Counted from the stretch's first letter, positions 39,702 to 53,258 are shown. The stretch: DNA of 64,000 nt from Lama guanicoe (GCA_013239625.1 MU053557.1:5219842-5283841); one strand, 5' to 3'. Notes: generated by a model not told the origin, from the sequence alone. Program-made: numbers and translations.

Positions 39702-40531
39702 TTGTCGGTGTCTAGGAAAGACTCACTGTTTCCCTTGACTCTCACACCTAGCACCACATGCACGACCCTTCTGAAACTGGATACAAAGGTGTTTTTTCTC
39801 ACACTGACCAGTTCTCTGACACCAGCTGGGTATCCACCAATTCAGTTCAGTTCTGACACTGTTCCTGCAGAATCAGAACCTACAGGTGAAGGGCTCAGTC
39901 CCATAAGACTGCCCCCACTTCAGGTGCCAATCACAGGTCCCAGGCTGCCATCTATACTCTGACTATCAGCTGAAGTTCCAATGGCCTCCTCCTTGGGTTT
40001 AATAATTTCTTAGAAGAATTCATGGAACTCAGGGAAATATTTACATTTCAGACTTATTATATAATGAAGGGTATGACAAAGGATACAGATGAACCGTCAG
40101 ATCGAGAGACACATCAGGTGAGATCCAGAAGGACCCTAAGTGCAGGAGTTTCTGTCCCACTGAAGATGAGGTGCACCACCCTCCCAGCACATGTGTGTGT
40201 TCAACACAGAAGCTCTCTGAAGCCTGTACTTTTAGGGATTTTTATGGAGATTTCATCACAAAGGCAAGATCTATTATTAACTCCATTTCCAGCCCCTCTC
40301 TGCTCTTAAGAGGATAGGAGATGAGGCTGAAAGTTCCAAGTGTCCAATCATGACTTGATCTTTTTGGTCCCCTATCCAGGAGCCTACCGAGAGTCCCCTC
40401 ATTAGAACAAAAGACCACCTACCCCCCAGGAAATTCCAAGGGATTTAGAAGCGCTGTGTCAGGGTCAGTTCTGTGCCAGGAACCAGGACGAAGACCAATA
40501 AATATTTCCCTTTATAAATCACACTATCACA
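39702..40531 (-). mobile_element. MER21-like LTR (reverse orientation)
   Basis: gggctcagtcccataagactgcc...tgtgccaggaaccaggacgaagaccaa...atcaca, the reverse complement of MER21 features. Confidence 0.75.
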
Positions 40532-40721
40532 GCCCACTGCGTGAGGGCCATCATTTATTCATTCGCTCAGTAATCTGCAATGAGTGCCCGCTCTGTCCCC
40601 AGCACGGGACTAGGTCTGGGGACCAGTGGTGAATAAGACAAACAGGAACAGACAGGCCTCCTGGGCGTTCCTAAGGAGAAAGGGTAAAGGATAAATACAC
40701 GAACAAATACTGAATGGCAAG

Positions 40722-41502
40722 TAGGGTTGCCAGATGTAACAGATAAACACAGGATGACTAGTTAAATTTGAATTTCAGGTAAATAATTTTTTAGTAGGAA
40801 TATGTCCTGAATATTGTATGAGGCACACTGTAGTGTGAACCTGACAGCTTTTTGTAGTTTTTTGTTTGTTTTTTGTTTTTCATTTTTGTAATGTAAGTGT
40901 ATGACTTAAGCTTAGATCGCGGAGCATCCTCTTCAAAGAGCTGTCTGACGATTTCAAATAAACACACTGTCAGCCGTGGGGTGACTGGATAAAGAGCCCT
41001 GCCACCTCCTCCCGCTGAGGCTTCTATGTTTTCAAGATCTTGGCTGATTTTGATAACTGATCTTTTGGGCTCAGGGTTTAGTTTTTGGTTTAGTTTTTCT
41101 GGTTTTTGGTTTTCTCTTCCCATGATTTAAACTCCTGCTCTTATGTTTTAACTTTACCAATAAAGACTGAGCCTGTGAAATCTTAGCCCCCCACCTTCGA
41201 CCCCAATAAGAGCCCTATGCCTGAGCCTGCTCTCTGTCTCTCTACCGGAGACCTTGCTGTGTGACCCCAGGTGTGCCGAGGAATTCCCAAGTCTTGTAAG
41301 TAATAAACTTTTATTTTTTCAAAGTTTCCTGATGATTACTGCTGAAGGATATCTTGCATTCATAATAAGAACCACAAGGGCTGGTTCATCCACAACATTG
41401 ATTATTGACAGGCTGAAATGGGCACAAAACACGTACTAAGATATTACTCTTGGTTTATCTAAAATTCAGATTTAACTGGCATCTTGTATTTTATCAGCCC
41501 TA
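40722..41502. mobile_element. MER53-like palindromic MITE split by a solo LTR (~40829-41431)
   Basis: Left half tagggttgccagat...agttaaatttgaatttcag and right half tttatctaaaattcagatttaactgg. The insert begins tgtagtgtgaacc and has AATAAA (~41303) and a ca end. Confidence 0.7.
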
Positions 41503-42843
41503 ATGACAAATCTCCCTGAGGAGATCCCAAGGATAAATAGGAATTTCTAGAGTGTGGGGAACCACATTACAACCCTGGGAAACTCCATTCATGGTTCCAC
41601 TTTTTTTTTTTCTTTTTGATTGAAGTATAGTCTATTTACAATGTTGTATTAATTTCTGGTGTACAACATAGTTAGTTTCACATTTTTAAAATGCAGTAAT
41701 TATAGCCATTTCCCAGGTATTTTGAGGGCACTAAAGGCTAAGAGAGTCACTTCTTGGTGGCTCAAGGACAATTCAGACCCCAGTCTATACCATGTTTCTG
41801 CACCTTCTCCTTCCACCCTCTGAGTCACTCACTGTCCAAAGCCTGGAACAGAGCATGATTTCTCAAGGAGGAATGACAGGAGAAGCAAACACATGCGAAT
41901 GTGGAGGACACAGGATTGCTGGCCTGGACTGACTTTACTCCAGGCCTGAGGCACCCTCCAGGGTGACTGCCCGGCCCAGAAGCTTCCAGGAAAGCACAGC
42001 CAACATTTCCAGAGTGAACTTGGGTTGAGCAGGGAACAGCAGGCTGTCCCTTAGCACAGGGGCTCAGCAAACTCTTGCGGAAGTTTTAGAATCAGAGAAC
42101 CTTTCTGAATCCTCAGTCCCTCAACAGCAGGCACCACGGAAGTTTTCAGCACCTCTGTTTTCTGTTTTTCCCATAAATAGACTCTAAACTGAAAGCTCCA
42201 GGAGGGTGAGACTGGCTGCGGATCTGGTAGAGTGTCCATTGCTTGGAATAAATAGATCCTTAGCAGCGGCAACAGAACAGCAATAATAGTAACTAGAAGC
42301 AGGAGCTGCCAGTGTGAACTATTACACTGTGCCAAGAGCTTTGCTTGATAAGAAATAAATCTCTCATTTAACCCTACAACACCACCTAGAGAAACTTAGC
42401 TATTCTCACTCTATTTTATAGATAAGGAAGTGAGCCCAAACAGACAAAGCAATTTGCCAAGGCCGTGTTCTTAGAAAATGACTGTGTCATGATTCACACC
42501 CAGGTCTAACTTCAAAGTGTAACATCTTAACTTCCTGCCACATAATTTGAAATGACCTTTTGTAAACTGCACTGAGAGTAATGCCCTCATTTTATAGATA
42601 AAGAGGAGGTGTACAATAGCAGAGCAGTGAAGGCCATGGGCACCAGGCTATAGGGCCCGAGTTCAAATCCTTGCTCTGCCACTTTCTATCTGTGTGACTC
42701 TGAGCAAGTTCCCTAACCTTTCTGGGTTTCAGTTTCATTGTCTGTATAATGGGGATAATCAGACATATGTCACAGGACTCTGACAATCCATGTCAGCTAC
42801 AGTGAAAGTCTACAGAGAGCTGAAGGAAGAACAGATTTCAATG

Positions 42844-43331
42844 TGTAACAGGGAAGAACAATTCTGACTCCATGTTGGATCTGTTTCTTTTACTTTAACC
42901 TTTGCATTCTATTGCTTTTGCTACAAGTTAGTCACTAAAAGGATGTTGCCTATAAGCTTAAATCATACATAATGGCCAAATCTCTGGGAACCCTGCCTCC
43001 CACAGAATGAGTGTTAAGCTAAAATACCTTTTTAGCTCACGAGAAACATCCTGACCAGGGCCACCTTGAATGACTGCAGGCAGGAAGAAATTAACACACA
43101 TCCCCTCCAGAGGCTGACCAGAACCAGGAAATGTTTGACTTTACTCCCTCCTCTTTTAGTATAAAAGAAGAATAAATTCTAACTCAGGCAGGATGTTTCT
43201 TTGCGACACTAGTCCATCCGCTTCTCAGTCTGCTGGCTTTCCAAATAGTCACCATGCCTTACCCCAACAGCTTGTCCCTCAACTTACTGGCCTGTCTCGT
43301 GGCAAGCAATACAAGCTTGGACTCGGTAACA
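42844..43331 (+). mobile_element. MER41-like ERV1 solo LTR
   Basis: tgtaaca...ggtaaca termini; TSD aatg/gatg; TATA-like tataaaa; ctcagtctgctggctttcc U5-type text. Confidence 0.75.
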
Positions 43332-44224
43332 GATGCAGTTGGACGAGTCCTCAGTGAAGCACCCCACCCCCAGGTGCAGAATCATTACCCCTACCCTTGG
43401 ATGTCCAAGGAGAGATGACTCCCACGGGAGACCCAGCCCAGCATGTTGCAAAGGAAACCATTTCCCACAAAGGCCCAAGTCTGTGCTGCTTATCTTTCCA
43501 AGGAACCCAAGATGAATTCCCGCATCTGTGGACATGAAGTCCTGGCTCTGCTCTAACTCCTTGGTGGCTTTGGGCAAGCTCCGTTTCAAGATCTGACTCA
43601 AGGCTTCTCGTCCGAGTCAGCTGGGTGAGGTGGTCTCTCAAGCCCCCTCCCTCTCCTCCTTTTAACCCTAAGACCCTTAATCTGAAATAACGTCAGAGGT
43701 AAGGTGAACACAAAGTCACAACATGTCCAGCTTGGATCTTGGAAATGGCAACACAGGCTCCTGGTTTGGCCAGTGCAGCAATGAATGAGAGCAACGTGGG
43801 CCTTGCTTGGGGCAAACTTTCAGGTGAACAGGTGTTAAAGGGATTATCGGATAATTAGTTGATTGTGAGTCTTTTTTCCAAGTGTTTGCTGAGCATCTGC
43901 TTTGTGCCAGACCTTTGCTGGGTCCTGGGTCCTGAGATAAAGCAGAGAATAAGGCAAGCATGGTCCCTGGCCTCCAGGGTTTATTGTGATAAATGTTTTC
44001 AGGAAGAAGACTAACAGGGATCTGGGAGGGTCTCTCTGAGGAAGTGACCTCTAAGCTGAGATCTGAAGGATGAGCAGGAGTTGACTCTAGCAATGGGCCA
44101 TGGGGAGAACTGCATCAAGTGATTTGCTTTAGGTAATCAAAGAAACCTGGGTCAGAGCTGCCAGGAGAATCCCACAGAATCCCAGACTCCTAGAAGATAG
44201 AGCCAAATGCTTGCTTAGCCAAGT

Positions 44225-44795
44225 GGCCAATTTAACATTTCTTGATTAGACAGACTGTCATCATGTCTCCCCAGATGTAATGACTGAAGAAAAAGACAAC
44301 ATAACCTCTGCGATATTCCTGTCGGAAATGCATAGCCTGAATCTAATAAAGATGTATCAGACAGGCCCAAATGGAGGGGCATTTCTGCAGAACGGTTGGC
44401 CTGCATGCTTCAAAAACATCAGTGTAACGGAAAACGAAGATAGATGGAGAAACTGTTGCAGAATTGAGGAGACTAAAGACGTAATTGAGAAAATTGGCAA
44501 GAATTGAATATGGACTCTTTGTTAGATAATAGTATTGTATCCATGTTACATTTCCTGAATTTGATCATTGTGCTTTGGATATGTAAGAAATGTCCTTGTT
44601 CTGGAAATACAAAGTGCCTGGGGTTAAAAGGGCACATTGTCAGCATTTGACTCTCAAATGGGTCAGAAAAAATGCTGACAAAGAGCAAATGTGGCAAGAT
44701 GTTGAACAAGTGGGGAGTTTGGAGGGAAGATACAGTTCTTCATACCATTTTTAAACTCTTCTAAATTTGAAATTTTTTTCCAAAATAAAAAGTTA
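44225..44795 (+). mobile_element. L1M 3'UTR fragment
   Basis: aatgcatagcctgaatctaat...cagacaggcccaaat...gcaaatgtggcaagatgtt...aaaataaaaagtt. Confidence 0.65.
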
Positions 44796-44939
44796 TCAGT
44801 AAACAAGTAAAGAAAAAAAGAAAGCGCCAAGTCGTCCCCAGCCCAGTCGTGGTGGCCAGCAGCTCCCCATCCCGTTGCACCCCCCGGAACCCCGTGGAAT
44901 AATGCCTCCCTGCCCTCCCTCTCACGGGGAAGAGGATAC

Positions 44940-45413
44940 CTCTTCTGTGTTGGGGACGTTGATGACCTTTTTAGAGACTGCGACGTGGCCCACCACGCCC
45001 ATGTCCAGGGGGAACACGATCTCCGAGTCGGGCGCCACCAGGCAGTCCTCAAGGACGGCATCCTTGTGGACGTTGAAGAGCCGGGTGGCCAGCTCCGCGA
45101 TGCCATTTCGAGCCCGGTACATGAACAGGCTCATGCGGTCTGCGTGCAGGAGGAAACACAGCTTCTTCATGACGTTGAAGATGCATTTCTCGGCCTGCAG
45201 ATTCTCCTGAAAGTCCCGCAGGAGGTCGAAGATGATTTCGCTCTCCTCCACGCTGTTCAGAGCGTGGTAGTGGCTGAAGTCCACGGCTGTCTCCCTGGCC
45301 CCCAGGAGGTCTGAGACGACCTTGGCCCGGTAGCGGAGGTTGTAGTATTCTCGGGCAAAGCCCACATTTGAGTCCAGGAACTTCTCCACCTCCTCGGCCG
45401 TCACCTCCCCCAT
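44940..45413 (-). CDS. PDE6A: PDE6A exon 1 coding part (474 nt; N-terminus and start of GAF-A)
   Basis: ATG in strong Kozak context ccaaccATGg; [26 protein letters not shown]...VINVPNTEE; donor GAG|gtatcc. Confidence 0.97.
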
Positions 45414-45640
45414 GGTTGGGAATTCCACAGGCTACTTCTGTGGACGGGGCCGAGGCTGGCTATCCCAGGGAAGTTTTGAGGCAAAACTGAGTCAGGATGT
45501 GTTCTGCTCCAACCTAGACTTCTCTGGATCTTGTCTGTGAATCTCCCTGGTATGGCCGCAGAGGAGGAGTGAGCTTGGGAGATTAAATCATTAATATTTC
45601 CCCAGAACAAGGATTACGAGGATCAGAGTGTTCCAGATGC
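45414..45640 (-). promoter_or_regulatory. PDE6A: PDE6A 5'UTR and proximal promoter with CRX/OTX (K50 homeodomain) motifs
   Basis: Plus strand AGATTA (45580-45585), ATTAAT next to it, and GGATTA (45611-45616), i.e. TAATCT/TAATCC on the gene strand, 170-200 nt upstream of the ATG. TGAGTCA (AP-1/MARE-like core) near 45488. The TSS position is not determinable from sequence. Confidence 0.7.
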
Positions 45641-46965
45641 TTCTGGGCCCCAGATGGGAGAAGGTGAATGTCTCTTTTCACCTTCATCTGCTAAAAGGAG
45701 GAGAGATTTCTGCACAGAGCAGGAGGTGGGTTCTACTAAAAAAATAAAAATAAAAAAATGAAAAAACCCCCCACTGAAACAGAGGCTGCAAATCAGCAGC
45801 ACAGGACATGCTCCTATTACAGACATGTTTTTCCTGCCCTGTATAGTATTCTACATCTACATTTGATGTGGAGGATTCATTTGACTTCTCTTGGAGAATC
45901 AGAAGATCTAACAACTCCATGTCCACATTCCTCCATGGCAGGAATGGCTGGAGCTGGGAGGGACCGTCTTCACATTCACCACTCAGCCTGCTTCCTGTGT
46001 GTCCATTACGAGTCTGGCACTTGTGAGCCCCGATTTCACAGTCTCCACATCACAGTCTCTCCCAGTTTTGGATTTCAACGATTCTCTTATTTCAGAATTC
46101 GAAGGACCCTCATAAATACAACACCTTCCAAAAAAGAAAAAAAAAGAACAAAAAAGGAAAAAAGATTAAAAAAGACATTTCATCGTTTTTATTTTATTAC
46201 AAAATACGTGTTCACTGTAGAAACTACACAAAGACCATTAAAGTCACCCATAATCCTGCCACTCACAGGTAAACTTTAGTTAACATCTTCATTTCTATCC
46301 TTTCTGTAGAGTTTTAACTTTCAAATCTATTTTCCTTCAACCTCCTGATCTTTCTTTTGGCACCCTAAGGTACTTTCTCTGGCTATTGTCTGTACCTTCT
46401 TGGGTTGTCAGTCAGAAATGCACACAATAGTCTAGATGTTATCAGTCTCAAAAGTGCCAGAATCCTCATTGGAGTGTCTCTCCAACACACTAGGGCAGGA
46501 GGAGGAGAACACTTCCTTCCTGGATGAAATGTGCTTGTGCTTCTGTGGACATATCTGCAAGAGCCCGGCATCTCTATGTCGTAAACACGATGGAATGCAG
46601 GATCATAGACTGTGGCTGGCACTTTGAACTGTGTAAGTGAACTTTAATGGATAGTAGATTACTTTATTGTAGCGTGTAATAAGTTTCTGTGTGCTGTGCC
46701 CAGCAGCACTGTGTACACAGGTGACTCCTTGGTCTGGTGGACCACGCAGAAACTTTTCCAAACACACTCGCCATAACTAACATGAGCCTCCCACCTGGAA
46801 TATGCTTCCCCAGCTCACTAACTCTTCAGTCTCTAGGTCTCAGCTCATGCTAGTCATCCCTGTTGTCCATCTCCAGGAGCCCCAACCACCCCTCCCCAGT
46901 TCCCGCCTGTCATTATCATCTTATTTGTTTCTTTTATTTCCTTTATTTCTATTAAAATGTATCTT

Positions 46966-46967
<2 letters not shown>

Positions 46968-47012
<45 letters not shown>

Positions 47013-47040
47013 CCCTTTTTTTTTTATTTTTTTTTTTTTT
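46968..47040. repeat. Long poly-T tract (~45 T plus an interrupted tail) inside an L2 remnant
   Basis: Direct read; the flanks continue an L2 3' end (ctgtgagctcc...gcctggcatat...atgctcagtaag). Confidence 0.9.
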
Positions 47041-47186
47041 CTGTTTGTTTCCTTGTCTATTATTTGTCTTCCCCTCTGTACTGTGAGCTCCAGTAGGGGG
47101 CAGGTACCTGTCAGGGCTAATTTCCGAGGTTTTGCAAGGCTGCCTGGCATATCCATGATGCTCAGTAAGTTTTAAAAAATTCTGTC

Positions 47187-47616
47187 TGTGGTTGTTCATT
47201 TTATGTGCCAACTTGACTGGGTTAAGGGATGCCCAGACAGCTGGTAAAACACTATTTCTGGGCTTGTCAAATAAGAGTGTTTCCAGAGATTAGCATTTGA
47301 ATGAGTAGACTAAGTTATGAAGATCATCTTCACCAATACAGGTGGGCATCCTGTGATGGGACTGAATAGAACCAAAAGTGGGGGAAGGGCATCATGGCCC
47401 TCTGCTTGAGCTGGGACATCCATCTTCCCCTGCCTTTGGAACATTGGCACTCCTGGTTCTCCGATGCAGGCCAGGACTTACACCTTTGCCCCTCGGACTC
47501 AGACTGAGTTACACCACCAGGTTTCCGGGTTCTCCACCTTGCAGACAGCTAGTTGTGGGACTTCTCAACCTCCATAACCACATGAGCCAATTATCCGGGG
47601 ATCCCTGACTAATACA
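47187..47616 (+). mobile_element. MLT2 (ERVL) LTR
   Basis: tgtggttgttcattttatgtgccaacttgactggg...ccctgactaataca. Confidence 0.85.
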
Positions 47617-47768
47617 AAGTCCTACACATTTCTGATTAAGATTTAGAAAATACCAGAAGACACAAAGGAAAAAAATTGAAATCAAACATAATTCCAGACA
47701 TTACCATTGCCAGTATTTTTTGTATATTTTAAAGTCTTTCCCTGGTAAATACATGTTGTAAATATATA

Positions 47769-47969
47769 TTCTCAACCTTGACACTATTGACATTTAGTGC
47801 CCAATAACTCTTTGTTGTGGGTGCTGCCCTGTACGTTGTAGGATATTTGGCACATCCCTGGCTGCTACCCACTAGATGCTAATGGCACCTCCCCTCAAGC
47901 TGTGACAATCAAAAATGTCTCAAGACATTTCCAAATGTCCCCTGGGGTCTCCCTATTGAGAACCACTGG
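47769..47969 (+). mobile_element. MER20 DNA transposon
   Basis: ttctcaaccttgacactattgacattt...tacccactagatg...gtgacaatcaaaaatgtctc...gagaaccactg. Confidence 0.85.
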
Positions 47970-49227
47970 TCCACAGTTACATACTGATGTTGTTTCTAAT
48001 TTTCTAGTATTACAAACAGTCCTGTCATGAACATCCTTATATTTCTTAGTGAAAACACCTAGAAGTGAATTTCCAGCCCCAAAGAGCTTGCAGCTATCTG
48101 AGGATTTGGATAAATGATGCTGATTTTGCTCTCCAAGGCTACATCACAGTTTATGAGGCTGTCCTAACTCCTACCCCACCCCTCAAAAATTAAGTAATCT
48201 TTTCAAATCCTGACATTGACAGCACTCCAAATTTGGCCCTAATACCCCTTCCTTCTGGGTTTTGCACAATTTCTCTACACATGCTCTAAGTTCCACCCTA
48301 GTATTTTCTATTCCCTCTGGCTTTTGCCTCTTTGTTCTTGCTGTGTCCTCTGCCTGTCCCTTACCACCCAGTCCAAAGGCCACTCCTTCCACGGATTCTT
48401 GCCCCTGCGAGACTCTTTTCCTACTTGGAACCACCGAATTATTGATTTGCTTCCATTTCAATGGGAGTTTCTAGATTTTAGGCTATGTTATTTCTACACA
48501 TTTGCACGTTCATCAAATCTATGCTCTTTGAGGCTAGGAGTGAAAATTTACCCCTTTAAAAAACTCCAAAAGATCCCAGCTCAGGCTTAGTTCTGGTTGG
48601 GAACATAAGCAACTGTTTTGCAGGAAACCTACTTTCACCTCATTTACAATAAGCCAGAATGAGGAAGTAAAGCCTGTTTAAAAAACTTCAGCCCTCATTG
48701 TTGAGTAGGTACAGATAAGCTGGTATTTGCAGCAGATCACATGCCTCTTTAAGGTGCCTGATGGCAGATGTCAGTGGAAGGAAATTTGAAGCTTCTTTCA
48801 TTGGGAGCAGGGGTTACCAGAATGCACTGCTTTTTGTAGTTCAGCCGGAAAAAGAACATGTTTTACTTGAAACACGAAAACAGGATTGTAGGCTCAACAC
48901 TGCCACTGACTCATTCTATGATATTGAAAAAGCCCTGTCCTCTCTCAAGGCTCTGTTGATTTTCCTAACAACAAAATAAGAAAGTTGAACAATATGTGTC
49001 TAACACTCCTGGATCCATGACCCTAGATGGGCTCAGAGTGATGCGGGACTGACCAGGAATGGCTGAACTCTCCATTCCTGACCACGAGTCTTGCCAAAGA
49101 ACCTCTAGAAGAATCGGTTAGATCTGTATATTTAGAGTAATGTCTACTCCAAGATCCACATTTCATAGAAGAGAAAACGGAAAAGCTTTGAAAAGTTAGG
49201 TGACTCAACTCATAGGTGATTTAATAA

Positions 49228-49705
49228 TAGTTTTTATTGAGATATAATTCACATAACATAAAAGTCACAATTTTAAAGCATGCAATTCAGTAGTTTTTAG
49301 TATATTTGTTACGTGGTCCTACCACTAACCTGCTTTCTCATCCCCTGGTAACCACTAATTTACGTTCTCTCTCTATGGATTTACCTATTCTGGACATTTC
49401 ATATCAATGGAATTATACAACATGAGGCCTTTTGTATCTGACTACTTTCACTCAGCATAATGTTTTCAAGGTTCATCCATATTGCAGCATCTATCAGAAC
49501 TTCATCCCCCTTTTTTGGGGCTGAATAATGTTCCATTGTATAGCTATACCTCATTCTGTTTACCTATTTATTAGTTGATGGACTCTAGGTTGTTTTCACC
49601 TTTGAGCTGTTATAAACATTAGTGTACAAGTCTTTGTATAGATATATGTTTTATTTCTCTTGTGGGTATGCCCAGGAGTGGAATTGCTGGGTCCACAGGT
49701 GATTT
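49228..49705 (-). mobile_element. L1MB-like 3' fragment
   Basis: tttattgagatataattcacataac...gcataatgttttcaaggttcatccat...cccaggagtggaattgctggg. Confidence 0.8.
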
Positions 49706-50302
49706 TAAGACTCTGAGTTTGGAGATAAAGAGCAGGGTTAGGGGGCGGGAGAGGAAAGAAATAAGATGCAGCAGGGAACCAGCTGGGTGAAGGAGAGGTA
49801 TTTGTGGGAAGGTGTTTTGTGAGGGACTATTTGGAAAGAAGAGGACCCTGAAATTCAGGAGCTGCTTGAATGAGAATGGACTGATTAGCATCTCAGTGGC
49901 CATCACAAATCCCGGTGTTGGGTGAGGAGGTCCCCACAGCCCCCAGTCATGCATCACTCCTGTCAATAGTGATGGTGAAGGAACTAAGGATGTTCAGCTA
50001 GGAGGAGCTCTGAGAGACTGCTGGGGGTGGTGTGTGCCAGCTTGTTCAGGGAGGATCCAGAGAACCAGACAAGCCAGCAGGTAAGAGACATGTTATCCTA
50101 AGACATCAACACCCGAAGTGCTTAAGAGGTAGAGTGCAGGAATTAGGCTTAGGACTGAGTCTGGGCCTGTCTTTTGCTCTCTGTGTAAATTATTTAATTT
50201 CCCTGGACCTTACTGTGTTTATATGTAAAATTAGAACTATTTTACATGGCTCTTGTGGCGATTAAGTGAGATAATATACTGTATAGTGCAAAGCCAGGGC
50301 AC

Positions 50303-50384
50303 ACTAAGTTGAACCAGATGAAACTGCCTCTATTTGACTGTTTTTGTCCTACACAGACAGCAGTTTCATACTATTCAATTTAAT
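50303..50384. mobile_element. MADE2-like mariner MITE
   Basis: ~80-bp imperfect palindrome taagttgaaccagatgaaactg...cagtttcatactattcaattta. Confidence 0.75.
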
Positions 50385-51617
50385 AGTAGTCATTCAATCA
50401 TAATAACTAATCATAACTCTCAAAGATTAACTGGATTACCTTAAAGACAGTGAATTCCCTGTTGCTGAAGTTATATAAGCCCAGGACAAGGCAAAGAGGA
50501 TTCAAACATCAGCATTTAAATAGGAAGATGAAAACAAAACAGAACAAAACAAAACAAAAAACAGGACAGTGAATCTGGAGCTAGTCAGATAGTAAGGAAG
50601 CTGTTGCAGTTTTCCAAGAGAAGTGAAGAAATGGCCTAGGATGGAGGGTGAAGAGAATGGAGGGCAGGGAGTGGGCAGAGAAGCAAGAAGGTGGGAAAGA
50701 CATGTTGGCTCCCTGGGAGAGGGGGCATGAGAAAGTGCTGCAAACCTGGGTAATGTGCATGTCCTTGGGCGCCGTGTCCCCCTTCTGGACATGTCACTGG
50801 TGTTTAATGTTGATTTAGCCTCATTTTTCTGATCAAAAGACTTTCCCCTCCTACTTGCCAAATATGGAGAGGATATCCACGTCCTCTGTGAAGCCACAGC
50901 AAGGAAGTTGCCTTGGTCCCACCAACTGAAGCCCTTAGAACTGCTGAAACAGCCTTTGCTCTCATTTTGCTGGGCTCCACTCTCATTTTATACTTACCTT
51001 GGCTCTCTCCCATATTTCATTTGTTCTTACCCTTGACCTAAATAGAGTTGATGTCAGGTCCTAACTATCCGGCCACCTGTTGAGTTAGTCACTTTATTCA
51101 ACTACTTGGGTTTCCTGTTGGGTCTAACTCTGGAGTGTGGATAGTCTGTGAAGTTTTCTTTGTTTTACTTTGAAGATCTAACCTGGTTGATATCCACCCA
51201 GGCCATGTAAATTTGTCTGTATGTGCCTTTTAACCTTATGTCATTTTTCTAAAGCTTGGATTCTGAAAGGGATCTGTGATTCAAAAACAGTTAGAAGCTT
51301 GGGAAATCCTGAAAAGTCAGGTAAAATTGGGTCCTCAGTACATGCTTTGTAACCAAAGTAGTAAGTAGAAAGGCAACAGGCAAGAGGATATACTTGGGCT
51401 TTGGAACCAGAGTGAGCTGAGTTCAAATCCTATTCCTGCAATTCATACTTTTATATTGGGCTAATCTCTTAACCTCTGGTCTCATTTTGTCATTTACAAA
51501 TTGTGGTTAATAATAATACTAATTTTATAAGCTATTGTGAGACTTAGAGGCAGTATATGTACAAAACTTGGTTGGTGGCCAGTTCTCAATAAATGTAGTC
51601 ATTAATAATGATAATCT

Positions 51618-51727
51618 GGGGACAGAGAGGAGAGCTCAGTGGCAGAGCATGTGTTTGTTATGTACAAGGTCCTGGGTTCAATCCCCAGTGCCTCTGTTAG
51701 AGGGAAAAATAAAAATAAAAAAATAAA
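51618..51727 (+). mobile_element. tRNA-derived SINE (vic-1-like)
   Basis: agctcagtggcagagcatg...aaggtcctgggttcaatccccagtgcctc followed by an (AAAAAT)n tail. Confidence 0.82.
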
Positions 51728-52269
51728 TATTTTACATATGTTATTATATATTAATATTTATTTTAATATTCTGCATGTATTAAAACAAACTATTTTACCT
51801 ATTCACATATATTAAATATATAAATATATTTTACATATGTAAAAAAAAGACCAGAAAAAAATTTTTAATGTAAGCTGAGTGTGAGGCAGTGATATTCAGT
51901 ATAAAGCAGAAGTAATGCAAATATACTTATTTTCCTACTTTTATTATTTTTCTTTTTTTAAAGTAATATATCTTTGTACTGTAGAAAATTGAGAAAATAC
52001 AGATAAACAAAAATAACATAACAGTTATCAACCAGAGAGACATTTGGATATATGTCCACCTTTGCCAATCATATAAATATAATTTTTAAAACAAAACTGT
52101 TGTTGTACAGTATATATTTTGTTGGTTTAACAATATATGTAAACATCTTTCTGTGCCATTAAATATTCCATTACCACATGCTTTTTAATGGCCTCATAAT
52201 ACTTCCATTGGATGTCTGTATCATAATTTATTTAACATATTTCTAATTGTTGGTTATTTAGGCTGTTTC

Positions 52270-52366
52270 TTTTTTTTTTTTCTTTAACAGAGGCACTGGG
52301 GATTGAACACAGGACCTTGTGCGTGCCAAGCATGCACACTATCACTGAGCTACACCCCCAACCCCC
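52270..52366 (-). mobile_element. tRNA-derived SINE (vic-1-like)
   Basis: Reverse complement reads ggggtgtagctcagtgatagtgtgcatgcttggcacgcacaaggtcctgtgttcaatccccagtgcctc + A tail. Confidence 0.82.
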
Positions 52367-53258
52367 AATATTTTTGGTTTTCTTAATGAACATTTGTGCA
52401 GTTAAGTATTTGCACACTTGTTTCTTTTCTTAACTCCTTATAAAAAACTTGACCAGAAAGAACAACTTCAACTACTAATATTTTAAGATATTGTTCTGGC
52501 TATCAAAAAACATTAAGAGTTTAAGTAAAGAAATAATGGGAGAGTCAATATGTTAGTGCAAAGATCATGTTCTGTTTTGAATGAGCGTTTCTCACAGTAT
52601 CTAGCTCATAACCCTGAAAGAACAAATCTGGGATACTGGGGCTTATGACCACCGTGAAACGTCAAATAACAGATCACTTTCTGTACCTGAATATTATAGC
52701 AAGAGTGACTTGTACTGCTTCACCTCAGGTACAAGAGTCACATTTCTTTTCTTTCTCCAAATCAAATTTTATATGCTCCAAGCCTCCACCCCACAGTGCA
52801 GGCAGGATATCCAATCCCAGCAATTACCGTGACCACTGCCCTACCCACGGCTCATGTGTAGTCCTGTTAGTCTAACTCAGTCCAGCCAGAGAAAAGCCCT
52901 CTGACCTTTGTTTGGTCCATTCTGCTACCACAAATACAGCCCTCATCCAAGCTGGTATGGCCCCTGAAACAGTTCTGCTCTTTGCCAGGGTTCCAGGGTC
53001 CTTGCTATGGCTCCCGGCTCCCAGGGTCACCAACAGCCATCCCTGTGGGAAAGCCTCCCACCTCTCCAGGGCGGGGAGAGACTCAGGTCCTTGCCATTCA
53101 AGGACCCTATGAAGCCTAGACCCACAGGGGTGGCTTTTAAGTCTCCTTTCCCTCTGACTACTGGCTGTCCATTCTTTCTCCCTCTGGGACGGTTCAGCCC
53201 AATTTCCCTCAAAGGCCAACAGGAAGAAGGGATCTCTTCTTGAGAATGGTTACTTCCT

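Noticed and set aside
42981..42990. Possible STAT1 GAS site in the MER41-like LTR
   Set aside because: Reads CTCTGGGAA, which mismatches TTCnnnGAA at the first position
45414..45428. Apparent N-terminal extension MEFPT of PDE6A
   Set aside because: The track start is a GTG; the real ATG at 45413 has an optimal Kozak context and matches the known N-terminus
46802..47211. Poly-Phe and poly-Lys ORFs
   Set aside because: Artefacts of the poly-T tract
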